This document shows positions 25,277 to 39,197 of a stretch of 64,000 nt of DNA, piece by piece. Under the pieces are notes generated by a model. The model made no database searches. It was not told the DNA's origin and worked only from the letters and a program-made list of their open reading frames with translations. Location of the stretch: the NCBI RefSeq assembly GCF_006345805.1, contig NC_043008.1, positions 77,438,001-77,502,000 on the forward strand, written 5' to 3'. The DNA comes from Octopus sinensis. Taxonomy: Eukaryota. Every line of letters begins with the position of its first letter. The stretch's first letter is position 1. The translations under genes and the position numbers were made by a program.

Positions 25277-25470
25277 GTTAGCACGCCGAACAAAATGCTT
25301 AGACGCATTTCGTCTGTCTTTACATTCTGAGCTCAAACTCTGCTGAAACCGAGGCTGCCTTTCATCAAATCGGGGTCAATAAAATAAATACCAGTTGCTC
25401 ACTGAGGTCGATATAATGGCTTCCTTCCTTCCCTGATATTGCAAGTCATGTGCCAAGATTAGAAACCATC
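25277..25470 (+). mobile_element. SINE family 1
   Basis: gttagcacgccgaacaaaatgcttag...ggggtcaataaaataaataccagtt. Confidence 0.85.
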
Positions 25471-25649
25471 ATTAATTGTATTTCAGTTATTATATATTCC
25501 AGAATGCTCTGATTTTATCACCTCTAACCTCTGATATATTAACCGTTGTACGTCCTAACATATACGGCATGGTATTTACTTATGATATATCATATCAAAC
25601 CATATAGACCAAATTTACTAAATCCTTAATCAAAAGAAAAACAATCTTC

Positions 25650-26760
25650 GCTGATTGGTGCTCCAGAGTACCTTCTAGGACAGTGGGTGCTCGAGTACCT
25701 GGCCCCAGTGTATCCATTGTCCGAGGTGGGCAAGTCTTCACCTACTGCCTTCACTCACCGATCCTCTTTCTTGTTCCTGACATTGGTATTTCTCCCTTTC
25801 TAGGTGCTGTAGTTGCCACGTCCTAGCAGTCATTAACAGACTACTCCAACAATATCCTGGTTGTTTCAAGTATGTCTCCGCTTCCTTCCCAACTTCGTGG
25901 GGCTTTCCACTTTCTGCTGTACTTCAAGGATTTATTGACGTATCTCTATTGCTTCTACCCGAGATATGCCAAAACCGTAATATAGAAATAGCTACCACAG
26001 TTTGAGTATGATGCCATAGTGGAAGCACAATACGCTGAGCTTTCCAAGTAGCTGCCCTCAGCTAGTTGTCTAACTGGGTTTTAGTATTTTCGGCATTGCC
26101 AGTATCCTAAAGGAAATTAACGTAATTTTTCCTAAGGCATCAGACTGAGTGCTGAAGATGTCAGTCGTCAGCTTCGCGTTGAGGATATTCAAGCTCCGAG
26201 ATTTTGCTGGATTTAACTTCATGTATGACCATGTAGCCATCTTTTCCAGCGAGCTCAATGTTCGCCATACCCCTTTGGTTGATAGTGTCATAACCATTAT
26301 GTCGTCCATGCAAGCCCTGAAAACTGGATTTCTTGTACCTTCGTCAGTTTCTGGACCTCTTGACTGTTTCCTTTTCATCACTAGCGGTTTCATAGCCGCC
26401 ACAAATAAGACCACTGAAATTGTGCACCTTGCCATTATGCCATTTGCCAGTCTCTGCTATTTGGTTTTGAAATTTACCATAATGAACCTAACCCTCAGCG
26501 AATCCATTTGGGACATTATGAGTCTGTCTACTTCAATTGATACTTAGTAGTACTCAAATGCACGTTGGAGTAGGTGGTGGGACACGCTTGAGTATGCTTT
26601 GGCAAGATCGAAAGGCTATGATGGTGCAAAAGATCTTTCCTTCAACGTCTAAAAGAGAGATTTCTAGAAAATGGTCAAGTCCTGTAGAGTGTTTTTTTCT
26701 TTTGGAACAAAACAACCCTCAGCAAGATTTCATGTAGCTTGAAGATATTTCAACATGAAT
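25650..26760 (-). mobile_element. Hero-like (R2-group) LINE reverse transcriptase remnant with internal deletions
   Basis: ISLLDVEGKIF, RLANGIMARCTISVVLFVAAM, FRACMDDIMVMT, WSYMKLNPAKSRSL. Confidence 0.75.
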
Positions 26761-27589
26761 ATGTGGACACTTTATTTTAACAATCAACACCTGTGCACTA
26801 AGATATTTGTACAGCACCATGCTATAAGGTAATATTAAAATCATCAGGTATTAGAAAAGATTGTTAAGTTTTTTTATTCGGAGTGATCTTGTACTAGATA
26901 AGCTGGTTTCACCATGTTTAAAGAGCACAAGTCTACCCACCACTTCTAATAATCCTATAGTACATTCGTTAACTATCTCAAGTATTTCTGTATCCCCACA
27001 CACTGTTGCTTGGTAACCGTTGACATTATACTTGGTTCAACCGACTTTATAACTGAATCGTTAAAGATGAGTCGCAGCACTTGTTCTGTTCTTTTTATTT
27101 CTTTTTTTCTTTTTCATCTCGGTGAGATTTGAACACACAAGCTATGAGTTCAAATCCCACCGAGGTAAACTTTACCTTTCATTAGGTCTGGTGGAATCGT
27201 ACTAAGCTCAAAGACTGTTAAAGCCTACTTAGATGTTAGACCTACTCCATCGCCCGGTATAACAATACTGCCTGGGACTTTTCGTGCATTTAGTCAATCC
27301 ACTCTGCTGCAAACATTCCACCAAAGTCTTTAGTTTGAATATGCATCATTTCTTCTCTCCCACCGGTAGCCTTATAAAAGGCCACTGCAATTTCTGCTTT
27401 GCTGAAAGAGGAAAAGGGTCATGTTTTTATCATGCTGGATCCCACGTAACTCACTTCATTTGGCTACCCTGCCGATAATGACGTTTCAGTTGTCATAGGC
27501 TCAACCTGGTTCTGCTAGTTTATATATTTCCACGGAAGGGTCCTGACCAATTTCGTTCTCAAATTACTCTATTAAAGTTAATGATACAA

Positions 27590-30560
27590 CTTGGCCGTCC
27601 ACTCGTGACCGAGGAAGACCATTGCTGACCTTCAGGAACATTGTGCGCTCTAGGACTAACTTATATTTTGCATTTGCAGCTCCGTTGGTGGTGAATGAGC
27701 GCTGCTCTTGACAAGTATACATGGCTGAAAACATTGCAAACCAAGTTTTCCCCAGTCACTATACGAGCCGTGCGCTTTCGAGCGACACGCTTAAGTTCTT
27801 CATGCAGAATACGTGATCTCTCAAAAGTGTTAACCCCACTCCTTAACCTGCTTCCTCCATCTGTGGGGATGACAGGCATTGCTGTCCCAATCAGTCTCCT
27901 GCATATCACAGTCTTTTAATGAGAATTTGACACAGGCCTTAAATTGCAGCCTTGGTTTCTGCCAGGATCTCTTTCCATTCACAAGTTTCCCATATAGCAT
28001 CTGTTTAGGGATCCTGGTATCTTTCATTCTAATAAGGTGTCCAGTCTAACGTAACCGGCGCTTGTGCACCATCGCCTCAATGCTCAAGATATCAGCTGTC
28101 CTCAGGACCTATGAGTCTGGAGTTTTTAAGGTCCAGCCAACATTCAGAATACGTCTGAGACATCACTGATGAAAGAGTTGAAGGACCCTTACATGACGTT
28201 TGTAAAGGGTCCATGTTTCACATAAGTAAGGAACAATGTCAGTACACATGCACGGTACACAGAAATTTTTGTTTGCTTTGTGATGCCATGCAAGGACCAG
28301 ACACAAGAGTGAAGAGACCGGAAGGAATCAGTTGCTTTCTGTAGCCTGAAAGATATTTCATCATCCAGGGAGCAAGAACGGCTGAGTGAGCTGTCCAAGC
28401 AGACAAACTTGTCTACCACTTTCAGAATTGTTTCTTCAAACAAGATAGCTGGTTCCACATATGGATTTCCTGGTGCAGGCTGAAACAATACAACAATCTT
28501 GTCCAGGCTAATGCTGAGTCCAAATGCCTTGCAAGAAGCAGAAATACGATCCATAAGTATCTGTATGTCATCCATTGTATGAGTGACTAAGTCACAGTCA
28601 TATGCATAAAGGAGATCACGAATAAGAGACTAGAAAACTTTTGAATTAGCAGCAAATCGGCGCAGATTAAAGAGGCTGACAAAAGATCGAAATGTGACAC
28701 ATATTCCCAGAGAGCTAACCTTAGCAAAAGCATGAATAAAAGCAGCAACAAAGTACAAAGAAAAGAGAGCTGGGGAAAGGATGTCACCCTGCTTGACACC
28801 ATTCTCTACAGGAATGGGTCTCACCATGCCACCACCAACACTGACCCAAGCCCCCATCCCATCATGAAATGATTTAATTATAGATACAAAGTGATCCGGA
28901 CATTCAAGTTTGCCAAGTTTGCCATAGCAAGGTCCTATTCACAGTATCAAAGGCTTTCGTTAAATCAATGAATACCCGGACAAGATCCATATTCTGCTCA
29001 TAGCACTTCTCCTGCATATGTCTGGCTGTGAAAATCATATCCATTGTGCCTTTACCAGATCGGAAGCTACATTGAGATTCAGACTGGGCATCATTTACGA
29101 GACATCCATTCAGGCGGGTAAGAGGAATATTTGCCAAAACCTTGCCAGCAGTTGATAGTAGAGCAATATCTCTGTAGTTACTACACATTGTTCTGGATCC
29201 TTTTCCTTTATAGAGAGGGAGAATAATTACATCCTTCCAGTCATTAGGCATTGAAACATCTATCCAGACTGCACTAATAAGTTCATGAAGGGACTGTATG
29301 ATGTAATCACCACCAAATCGCAAAACCTCAGCACAAATTCCATCCTTTCCAGGTGCCCTACCAAGATTCAATTTACTTGTTGATGCCATTACTTCATCTA
29401 TTGAGGGCGTAGAATTTAAGCAGGCAATGATAGGTCTTTGTTGCATAGTATCAATCACTGTTTCATCGGAGTTCAGAGAAGTGTTCGATCTAGCGACCTG
29501 TGATTTCTGTTGATTTAGTAAGTAGAGTGGAAAACACTTTGGGAGCTGATAGACTTGCTTTCACTCTAATTATCATCCAGAACTTTGCTTGCACCAGACT
29601 GTGGTCTGTCCAATATTCCGATCCATAAAAGTACTTGACATTACAAATGTCATAGATGTCACGCTTGCGGATGATGACATAATCCAGCAAGTGTCAGACT
29701 TTGGACATTGGATGCATCCTCGTTATTGTGTGATCACCTTAGTGCATAAAATGAGTGCTTGCGATGTAAAATCCATGTTCATCGCAAAGCTCCAGCAGCA
29801 TGAGACCATTGCTATTAATTTTCCCTACCGGAAAACATCCTAGAGAGTTCTATGTTTCCCAGTCTGTTCCAACCCTGGCATTGAAATCCCCGAGTAGAAT
29901 GACTTCATCAGAATTGGGAATTTTCCTAAGTATGGCTCTCAGCTGGGTATAAGAAATAGCTTTATCTTCATCACAACTAGTCAAAATAGGTGCATGGGCA
30001 CTTATTAGAGTAACAAATCGCCCACCTTTCAGATGCAATTGTAGAATCATTAGACGTTCATTTATAGGGACAGGAAGCTCCTCCAGCTTCTTAAGGATAT
30101 CAGATCGAACTGCAAAACCAACACTAGCCTCTACACGCTCCCCTTTCTGCATCCCCCTTATACCACCTTCCTTCCAAAAAGATGTGTCTACCTCCTACTT
30201 CCTCAAGCTGACCATCACCTTCTAAACGTGTCTCTGAAAGTGCAGCTATATCAGTGTTATAACGGTTCAGCTCGCGAACAACAAGTGCAGTGCGTCTTTC
30301 AGGCCTACTATCACTCTTGTTATCCAACAGAGTGCGCACATTCCAACATGAAATGCTCAAGTTCCTCCCAGATTTTGCAAATAAAATCTCTTTGCTTTTC
30401 GAATGCAGGGTGGACATGCGCTAAACTGACCAGATATAGAAAGACAAGCAAATTTTGGTTCACCTTTTCTAGAACCTCTCCGGCCTCCGGGTGAGCAGTG
30501 CCCTCGGTGAATCTTGAAGCCTGAAAGGATTAGGCTCCGTCAGGGGCCTGCAAAAAACTT
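27590..30560 (-). mobile_element. Near-full-length RTE-clade LINE, frameshifted
   Basis: APE: SCWNVRTL, IAALSETR, VILLGDFNARVG. RT: YRDIALLSTAGKVL, FIDLTKAFDTVNR, GVKQGDILSPALFSLYF. C-terminal RIPKQMLYGKL and SRAALIHHQRSC. Confidence 0.93.
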
Positions 30561-30659
30561 GAGGTAGAACGGAAACCGAATTAAACTGTTATAAATAATA
30601 CATGTAACTCCTGCTAAATGTATTGAATGTCCTCTTATTCGTTTGTCCACTCACTCACT

Positions 30660-30661
<2 letters not shown>

Positions 30662-30707
<46 letters not shown>

Positions 30708-30715
30708 TGTGTGTT
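30662..30715. repeat. (TG)n microsatellite
   Basis: Direct inspection. Confidence 0.95.
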
Positions 30716-31049
30716 TGTATGTGTGCGCCCGCGCTTGTATCCAGCAAATTTGAAATAGGTCTGCTCTAGAAAATGTCAATATTATTGTCGCCTTAACTAT
30801 GAATAAAATTAACGTAAAAATACAGTTCATTGGCTGTGAAAAGCATGCTTCAAGACTTCCACAGCGGATGAAGTAGATTTTGAAAGCCAGAATCATTGAT
30901 CTGAATACTGTTTCAGCTGGTGGAGGAGGGCGACGTTAGACGAACCACTGGACTATATTGCAGTAGGTCTCGGTTAATTCAGACAAAACTGGACTATATT
31001 TCAGTATCCTCATTCAATTCAGGGACTACTGAATTATCTAATGGGTCTC

Positions 31050-31760
31050 AGAGTATTTAATTAAGTTATCATTAGTAAACTAAAAATATTGTGAGAAAAT
31101 ATTAGTCGATGGCTGAAATAACACTTTTTCATGTCTTCTTTATTTTCGTATCCTAAAGAAAGTTTAACACCGCCATAACTTCTCTATCCTATTTTTCCTG
31201 AACTAGGACCAATCATAAAACCATCTATTTGTTCTGAAGCTGTAAACTGTGATACTATTTCGCCCTTTTCATATTATTTCTACATTTGCTGTGGCAGGAG
31301 TGGATTAGCTTCAAATTTAAGTCCATAACGGATGTTGCTATGCAGACATATCTTAATTTACGTTGAAGTATTAAGCATAGCTTCTTCAATAAACCAATCA
31401 GCAAATTAATATAAATCCAGGGTTGTGTAAACCTTATTTTTAAAAATATATTTTAAGGAAGATGGACAGTGTCCTTTAAATGTCTTCATCAATCCGACAA
31501 TTCTATGATGACCAAGAGTGTAGTTTTGGAGATGAAATATTATGAACTGTGTATAGAAGTAGATCTGCCAGATCCAAGCTAAGTGGGTGCACTGAATGAG
31601 GTTGCTAGTACAGAAGATTAGAAGTCGTTGTAGAGATTCATACTCAATCTTGACTGACATTAATATTTCTTTTCTCATAAATATTTGTTTCAGAGAATTT
31701 TTTAAAACACATTCCAACGAACTGAATACAGAAATATCTTCAATTGAAAAATATTCTCAT
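31050..31760 (-). mobile_element. Possible MULE-type transposase remnant
   Basis: RLLIFCTSNL and LMKTFKGHCP...KVYT resemble RILIF.T..NL and W..DGTFK..P..F.QLYT; very degraded. Confidence 0.3.
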
Positions 31761-31887
31761 TCATGAAATTTGCTCAATGAACTCCCCAGACCACACACAA
31801 ACTCACACTGAGAGGCACACATTTTTATGAATGAACGACTCACCGAGTTCGCTGCTTACAATCTGTTTTTAGTGTAAAGTGACAGTT

Positions 31888-31934
<47 letters not shown>

Positions 31935-31938
31935 ATAC

Positions 31939-31986
<48 letters not shown>

Positions 31987-32021
31987 TAAAAGTAATAAAA
32001 ATAATAATAATAATAATAATA
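31888..32021. repeat. (TAC)n(TAA)n microsatellite
   Basis: Direct inspection. Confidence 0.95.
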
Positions 32022-32354
32022 AGGTGTTTGTAAAATGAAACTTTAAAAAAGGAGTCTCGATGAAATAGAGCAGAAACGTTGGAAACATTTTGAAAGAAGC
32101 AAAGAATTGATTTAGATTCCATTAAATCTCATTGAATATAAATATTTAGTTTGTGTTGCATAAAAAAAGTACTAGACTCTATGTAAGTTATTTTGTATAT
32201 AAAAAGTATATTATATTGTTTCGCTCACCATGTTGTCGCCAGAGTGTCAGCTAGTCGATCTCTTATAAGTTACTACAGAAAGTTTAACCAGTTTGTAACT
32301 CAAGGTATTTAAAAATCTCTTTTAGCCAGACAGATGCAACTTAATGCTTTTTCT

Positions 32355-32510
32355 CCCCAAATAACTACAACTAAATACCTATTCTACCCAGATACGTACA
32401 GCTAAATACCTCTAAATATCTCTACCACCCAAATAGTTGCAACTAAATAACTCTTCTACCCAGATACGTACAACCAAATACCTTTTCTACCCCGATAGGT
32501 ACAACTAGCT
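32355..32510. repeat. About 32-bp minisatellite, roughly 5 units
   Basis: Repeats of cccagatacgtacaactaaatacc..ttctac. Confidence 0.75.
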
Positions 32511-32969
32511 CAGAACTTTATCACTAATCCACCTCTGCTGACTCAAATTGTACTCTGTGTCCCAACTTTGCCCTGAATGCTGATAATGTCTAAAGCAGAG
32601 TTCACTTTCCCTATCACACGCCTCTTTCATACGGACACCAACACCAAAGACTCATTTGCACTTACTCACTCACTCACTCTTTTTCTCTTTCTCAACTCAT
32701 CATCTTCGATCCATTTTTTAGTCTTGCACTTCTTTCCTGTAGACACAACAGACGCACGAGACGAATTACTCTCTGCGCCATCTCGTTTCCTTATCTATTC
32801 ATATTGTTACCGCAGCACCGGATTCACACGAGATTTGCTCTTCTTTTTCATTCATCCTGTATGGAAAGACAGCCTCCTATTTCAATGATTCGTTCATCCT
32901 TCTCTCATCTCTTGACTTAAATGTTTCCTTTCAGAGCCAGACCATCTCACTACAGCGCAAGATTAGGTA

Positions 32970-32976
32970 TTCTCTT

Positions 32977-33067
<91 letters not shown>

Positions 33068-33460
33068 CACATTCATACATAATACACGCGTTCACTCTAC
33101 AATATAGATGATATCACCTCTTCCTCTTCCCAAACATTACGCACTAAGGGACCATTTATATAAAATCTAGGCACCGCACACTAGCCTTGAACTGCTAACC
33201 TATTCTGCTTCAACTGCACCAGTAGACAATTAGGCAACAGACTTGTATTGCAGCATCTCATTGCATGAGAAATACACAAAATTCTTCAAAGCCATCATAA
33301 ATGCCACCTCAGACAGAATTCTGATAGTCTCCCGTAAGGACCTCACTCACACTCACGAATTCACATATGCACACACATGAATGCATACATACATACATAC
33401 ATACATACATACATACATACATACATACATACATACATACATACATACATACATACATAC
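32970..33460. repeat. (TC)n(AC)n and (TACA)n microsatellites with a unique spacer
   Basis: Direct inspection (32970-33070, 33383-33460). Confidence 0.9.
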
Positions 33461-34145
33461 AGTATGTACCGCCATAGCCTAGCTGTCAATCTGGATAAGC
33501 CTGGACTTTCAGATAAATAAATTAACCAACTGATTCGCACATTACAAATACAATCTGTTAGCGGAAAAGTAAAACTATGCAAGACTTTTCTCAAGTTTAA
33601 AATATGAGATTGTTTTCGTTCTTTCTTTCCAACGATGGAGCTTGACATCTTTGTTAGAAACTAGCCCCTTCTTTAAAGGAAGAATTGAAATAATTAAAAA
33701 GAAAAGCGAACATGTATGCATACATACATACATACATACATACATTGATGGGACAATGATGCTGCTGGTGTTACGCATACAGATATCTGGTTGGCAGATA
33801 TTCATTGATCAGCGCCCAGCAACTATTGGTACACAAACACGTGATTTATTCTTCATACCCTCTACATACACTAAAGACCACATATTTCTCCTGCTTCTGT
33901 AATCTTTATTATGTTTCATCTTTCAGAATCCGTATGAGACGCTTCACCTTCTGGTCTCATATTGCTCCTATTATATGATCCTTTTTCTTCCTAGTTATCA
34001 CATGAAATGGTCCTTTCTTTTTCTATATACCCTCATTATATAGTCCTCACAACCCTCGTAGCCTCATTTAATGGCCCGCTTTTTCTCTAGTTACTCCATA
34101 CACTTTCTTTCAAATCAAGTTGCGAATACAATTATATACATATAC

Positions 34146-34182
<37 letters not shown>

Positions 34183-35635
34183 GTTTTCATTATAATCCAG
34201 TGATGTACACATGTCTCTTTATGGTGACCTCATTTGTCGTCCCATCTATTGAAAAGCCTATGGCGATAGATGAGTGGCGACTTCTGAGGACTAAGCTGTT
34301 GGAAGAGCACAGTAAGTTTAACTATCATGCTTCAAATCATGCAGCTGTAACGGGACTGAATAGTCATCTGAAAGATCATGAATGGTACATCAGAAATGCC
34401 ATCGACAACGAAGAAACACAAGAGGACGACAATCATCTGCGAAGGTGGAGCAATCACAATGGATGTATATGAAGAGAGAAGGGAAGGGTGAGAGGGAAGA
34501 TAAAAATATTTTTCCTCCTTGTGAAAGTAATTGCCCCCAATTATATATTAACTCATTCACTTAATGATTTTAATGAACATCTTTGCACACAGACAAAACA
34601 CTTGGTTTAGCACTCACATATAGTTATAAGCATACCGATAGATATTTAGGCACAATGGCAAATAAACGCAGACACAAGGAAATACCTACGCACACATATG
34701 CACAATGATACATACAAAGACAAAGATAAACCCGTATAGGCATGAGGCGTATTACACATGCATAGCACCAGTCATTTTCTATTTGAATGATTCGTAACAA
34801 AATATAGCTAGTTGAATCAGGAGAAATTGGTGAAATTTTAATATCAGACAATCTGCTCGTGGAATGAATAACTATACCAGTTGGCTTATTTATAAAATTC
34901 ATTGATTTACAATTGGCTATATATTTAACCACTTTGTTTGTCAAGGTCGTTAGAGAAGTGCTGTTGCTGCAATAGGACAACTATTAAATTTACTGCTTTG
35001 TCATTTCCATTCTTTAGTTGTCCATAATCATGTGGACTTCTGGTTCTCTTTTAACAGAGACAATGAATGAAGGTTATATCTTATAATAATTCTGCTTGTC
35101 ATTACGTTACTTAGCCCGTCAGTCACACTTTCACATGATTAGAGAAAAAGAGGGAGAAAGAAAAGAGGGAAGAGAAAAAGAGGGAGAAAGAAAAGAGGGA
35201 AGAGAAAAAGAGGATGAGGCGAAGAGTGAGGCAGAAAGAGAAAGAAAAAGAGGGAGAGAGAAAAGACGAAGAAAAACGTGTCCATGACATGTGGCAGGGG
35301 GAACATAATATTTATTACGTGATTAAAAAGGTTAGTTGAAAGTAGTTATAGAGTGATATAAAGTGATATAAGTAGTTATAAAGTGATATAGAGGAAAGTT
35401 AGAAATGTAATTTAAGCTGAGGAATGATGTTCTGATGATGAGATTAAAGAAAGGCAGAGAGTGAAGGGGGAGAGAGGGAGAGAGAGAGGGAGAGGGGAGA
35501 GAGAGAGAAAAAAGAGAGATGATGATGATGATGATGGAGGTGGTGGTGGTGGTGGTGGTGGTGGTGGTGGTGAGTGCATAGTGAAAAGCAATTTAAAAAA
35601 AATTGAACTAACCTTTTTATATCACCTATCACTTA

Positions 35636-35918
35636 ATGCATGCGCATCCCAAAGTTGCCATTCACTTTAGAAAGAAACTACTTTCCCGTTTGCCTGTCAT
35701 TTGCGATAACTATCAATAAATCACAAGGGCAGACATTTGATAAAGTGGGACTGTTCTTGCCTGAACCAATATTCAACCATGGTCAGCTATATATTGCATT
35801 CTCAAGGGCTTGCCAATTGTCTGATGTGAGAGTTAAAGTTATCAACACTGACAAACAAGGGAAAAGAAGAGGGAGAACTTACACGAAGAACATAATCTGC
35901 AAAGAAGTATTGGATTGA
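35636..35918 (+). mobile_element. Helitron PIF1-type helicase C-terminal fragment
   Basis: FTLERNYFPVCLSFAITINKSQGQTFDKVGLFLPEPIFNHGQLYIAFSR. Confidence 0.9.
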
Positions 35919-38092
35919 AAGGTGTACGCAAATTGAAATGTGTATTGACTCTGACCCGTCACCTTGGCTTATAAGTTACCAACGTTGTGGTTTTCGGAGT
36001 ACGCCATGTTACATTACATTTTTAGTTCCTTGAAATTTTGGCCCCTATATTTTAGATATAAAATTATTTTTTTTACAATAAAACTTTTGTTTTCTAGATA
36101 TGAAATTGTGACCATGTAAATTTTAAAATGTAACTTTTTCTGTTTATGGGGGGAAATGAAAAAATAAGAGTGAAAATTTATTTTATGAGTGCTTAGTATA
36201 AATCTATAAAACTGCAGTGCATAACATATATATATATATATACACATACAAGAAAAAAGCAAGAAAAAAGCAACAAGAATGGATTAGTTGTTCAGTACAA
36301 TTGTTTCATACGAAGAACAGATTTATTAAAAGCTGCAAATACTGCAGCAAATACAAGTGTCCCGTATTCATCAGCCAAAACACATATGAGTTTTCCAAAC
36401 ATCCTAGGGGGTGAGGCTACACTCATGAAGTATCGAAGAGAGTTCTATGAAAAGCAAAGTTAGATTGTAAGCAGACTTAAAATGTTCTCTAATGATGTAC
36501 AGTTTTATAAAAGGTTTTTAAAAAAGTTTGTTAGCTTCACAGCTATTATCCATCCATAATAATGCAGGTGTAATTTCCGGAGATAAGAGGAGAGATTTTA
36601 TTCTCTGTACCTGTTTTAGAACACATAGAAACAAATAGGGATCTTTTCTATTCTGAAGCCAGGACCACAGATCTTTCTACTTAACTAAATAATCTGAAAC
36701 TTCGTATGCTGATAGAGTCTAGCAAAACAAGACACAGGTTGGAACTAGTTTATTTGAGAAAGATCTATTTTATGACTTTAATCGTAGATTAAAACTGCGA
36801 ATTTTAACCAATCAGATTGTTTGTTTTCATGTGTAAAACTTGACTGCATTCTATTAGTGAGACGTAGAAAGCGCTTTTGTGACGTACTAACGTTCGGAAA
36901 ACTGTAAACAAACACGGCAGACGAAATACGGCTACGCATTTCGCCCGGCGTGCTAACGTTTCTGCCAGCTCTTTGCTTTTTTAATATTAAATTTCGGCGA
37001 AGTTTCGCTTGTCGTAGCACAAGTTTTCCGTCGATTTCCGTAAAACACTTTTATTTTTTTACATAAGTAATGAGAGCGAAAGAGACTAAGAGGAAGCGAT
37101 TTTATGACGAGGGAAGTTTGTCTTTGAAGTTACCGTCTAGGGGAAGCATTGATGTACATGTGTGTGTGTGTGTGTTTGATGGGGTGTGGGAGACAGTATG
37201 TTGTGTAAGTGAAGTGCTTCTGTTAGTGTGTGTGAAGAGACAGAGAGAGTAATGTGTGAAAGAGAGAGATAACTGAATTTTTTACTCGGTGTATGTGTAT
37301 ATGTATGTCTGCATGTATGTGTGTGTGTGTATGTATCTATGTATGTATGGCCAATTCATCGTAATTACGATTACGATGAATCGGCTATACATACATACAC
37401 ACACACACATACATACACACACACACATACTTACACATACATACACACACACATACATGCAGACATACAGAATGGAAACATTTTCAATTTAATACATGTG
37501 GCTTATTAACTAGTTTTAAATATTGTTATTAGAAGGTGGCTGACTTGTTTACATTTAAGATGTTAAATACGTCACGAAATTGGTGGTCGAGACGGAGTAA
37601 ATAAAATAAAGCCGAATGACGGAATATCATTGGTTAAAATTCTAATTATTAAACAACGTTAAACTTAGAAGTTACAATTCCGTTTTCATTCTGGTTTACA
37701 ATTAAGTTTACTTTTGACACATTCTACCAGTATACGAAGTTTCAAATTGTTTGGTTCAGTAGGAAAAATTTGAAAAAACTGGCCTCAAAATAGAAAAGAT
37801 CCACAAATAGTATTTGTACGTTGCCAAAATTTTAATTGACTATATCGTTAATTTAATTTAATCTAATTTAATTAACCCAACTTAAATCAAATAAATTGCT
37901 ATTACTTCCTAATTCTATTCTAAGTTTAATAAGTAATGCTACTCCCTTAATAATAATATAAAGAATTTTCACTATAATTTTCACTATATTTTGAATAAGC
38001 AATACTCTCACACCTTTTAATATAGAAATTAATTGACCTCTAGGTATAGACCTAAAGTCTGTCTTAAAATGTATAAACATTAGTATAAATTA

Positions 38093-38296
38093 CGGAGATG
38101 TACTCGCATAGCAAGTAATTTGATCTGAGATCGTGTGCTGAAACGAAAACAATTGCAGCGTGGAAGGTGTTTATAAGCCATTTAAGAAACACACAAAAGC
38201 CGTTCGATTCACTTCAACATTTAAGTTTAATTTGTCAAAATATTTTCGTCGCTAAAATCCGCGACATGTTCACTGACAAAGTCCGTGCTGCATCTA
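38093..38296. mobile_element. Family C element, third copy
   Basis: gagatgtactcgcatagcaagt...aagccgttcgattcac...gtccgtgctgcatct. Confidence 0.85.
38231..38280 (-). ncRNA. Hammerhead fold with G3-C8 swapped core
   Basis: UUUGUCA-GUGAACA-U-GUCGC-ggauuuua-GCGAC-GAAA-AUAUUU-UGACAAA; lies in the confirmed intron, sense to the host gene. Confidence 0.75.
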
Positions 38297-39155
38297 ATTA
38301 GTATAAATAGAAACAATAATAAATAAATAAATAAATAAATAAATAACCTCCTGTTCTAGTGTTGCACTTAAATTTCTTAATGTATTTTCCTCTACCGATA
38401 ACCTTTGACCCCTTTGATACTGTCTTTTGTTCTCTTTATATTCTTTAACCCGCCATTAACTCTGTAGGAGAGGCAGTTAATAGCTGTATGATGGTCAAAA
38501 ATAATTTTCTCTTATAAATTATAAATCTTAGATTCCTGCAACACTGACCTAGATTTTCTGTCACCACAGAAATAAACTAAACTTTGTAGGTTGTGTACTT
38601 ACACCCCCTTCCTCTCATAATGTCCTTATTTGGGCGGTTTCTGCTTCACTGACTTATTTTGCGACTTCTTTTAGCCAATTTAGCCAATCTCTTCTTCCAA
38701 CATAGTAGTTTTGTGAAACGAATAGAAGTGTGATCAACATCTTCTCATATATCAGGAAATTACATCTACATTATTATGGATACATTCATCTTCTCTGAGA
38801 ATAAAATATCTGCTCATATCTCCGGAAATTACACCTGCATTATTATGGATGGATTTACCTTTTCTGTGAAGCTAACAAACTTTTTTAAAAACCTTTTATA
38901 AAACTGTGCATCATTAGAGAACATTTTAAGTCTGCTTACAATCTAACTTTGCTTTTTATAGAACTCTCTTCGATACTTCATGAGTGTAGCCTCACCCCCT
39001 AGGATGTTTGGAAAACTCATATGTGTTTTGGCTGATGAATACGGGACACTTGTATTTGCTGCAATATTTGCAGCTTTTAATAAATCTGTTCTTCGTATGA
39101 AACAATTGTACTGAACAACTAATCCATTCTTGTTGCTTTTTTCTTGCTTTTTTCT

Positions 39156-39197
<42 letters not shown>

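Noticed and set aside
30430-30570. HDV-like ribozyme expected at the RTE 5' end
   Set aside because: Could not identify the nested P1/P3/P1.1 pseudoknot by eye; needs a descriptor search.
34071-34472. 133-aa ORF with a protein-like C-terminal half
   Set aside because: Starts across a microsatellite and has no identifiable motif. It may be decayed Helitron sequence, but I cannot support that.
36217-36414. CKYCSKYKC cluster in the inverted-repeat arm as a piggyBac Cys-rich domain
   Set aside because: Cysteine spacing only loosely matches, with no TTAA ends or DDD domain.
36780-37150. CpG-richer stretch with CCAAT and TGACGT motifs as a promoter
   Set aside because: Partly a SINE head, and short motifs alone are not evidence of transcription initiation.
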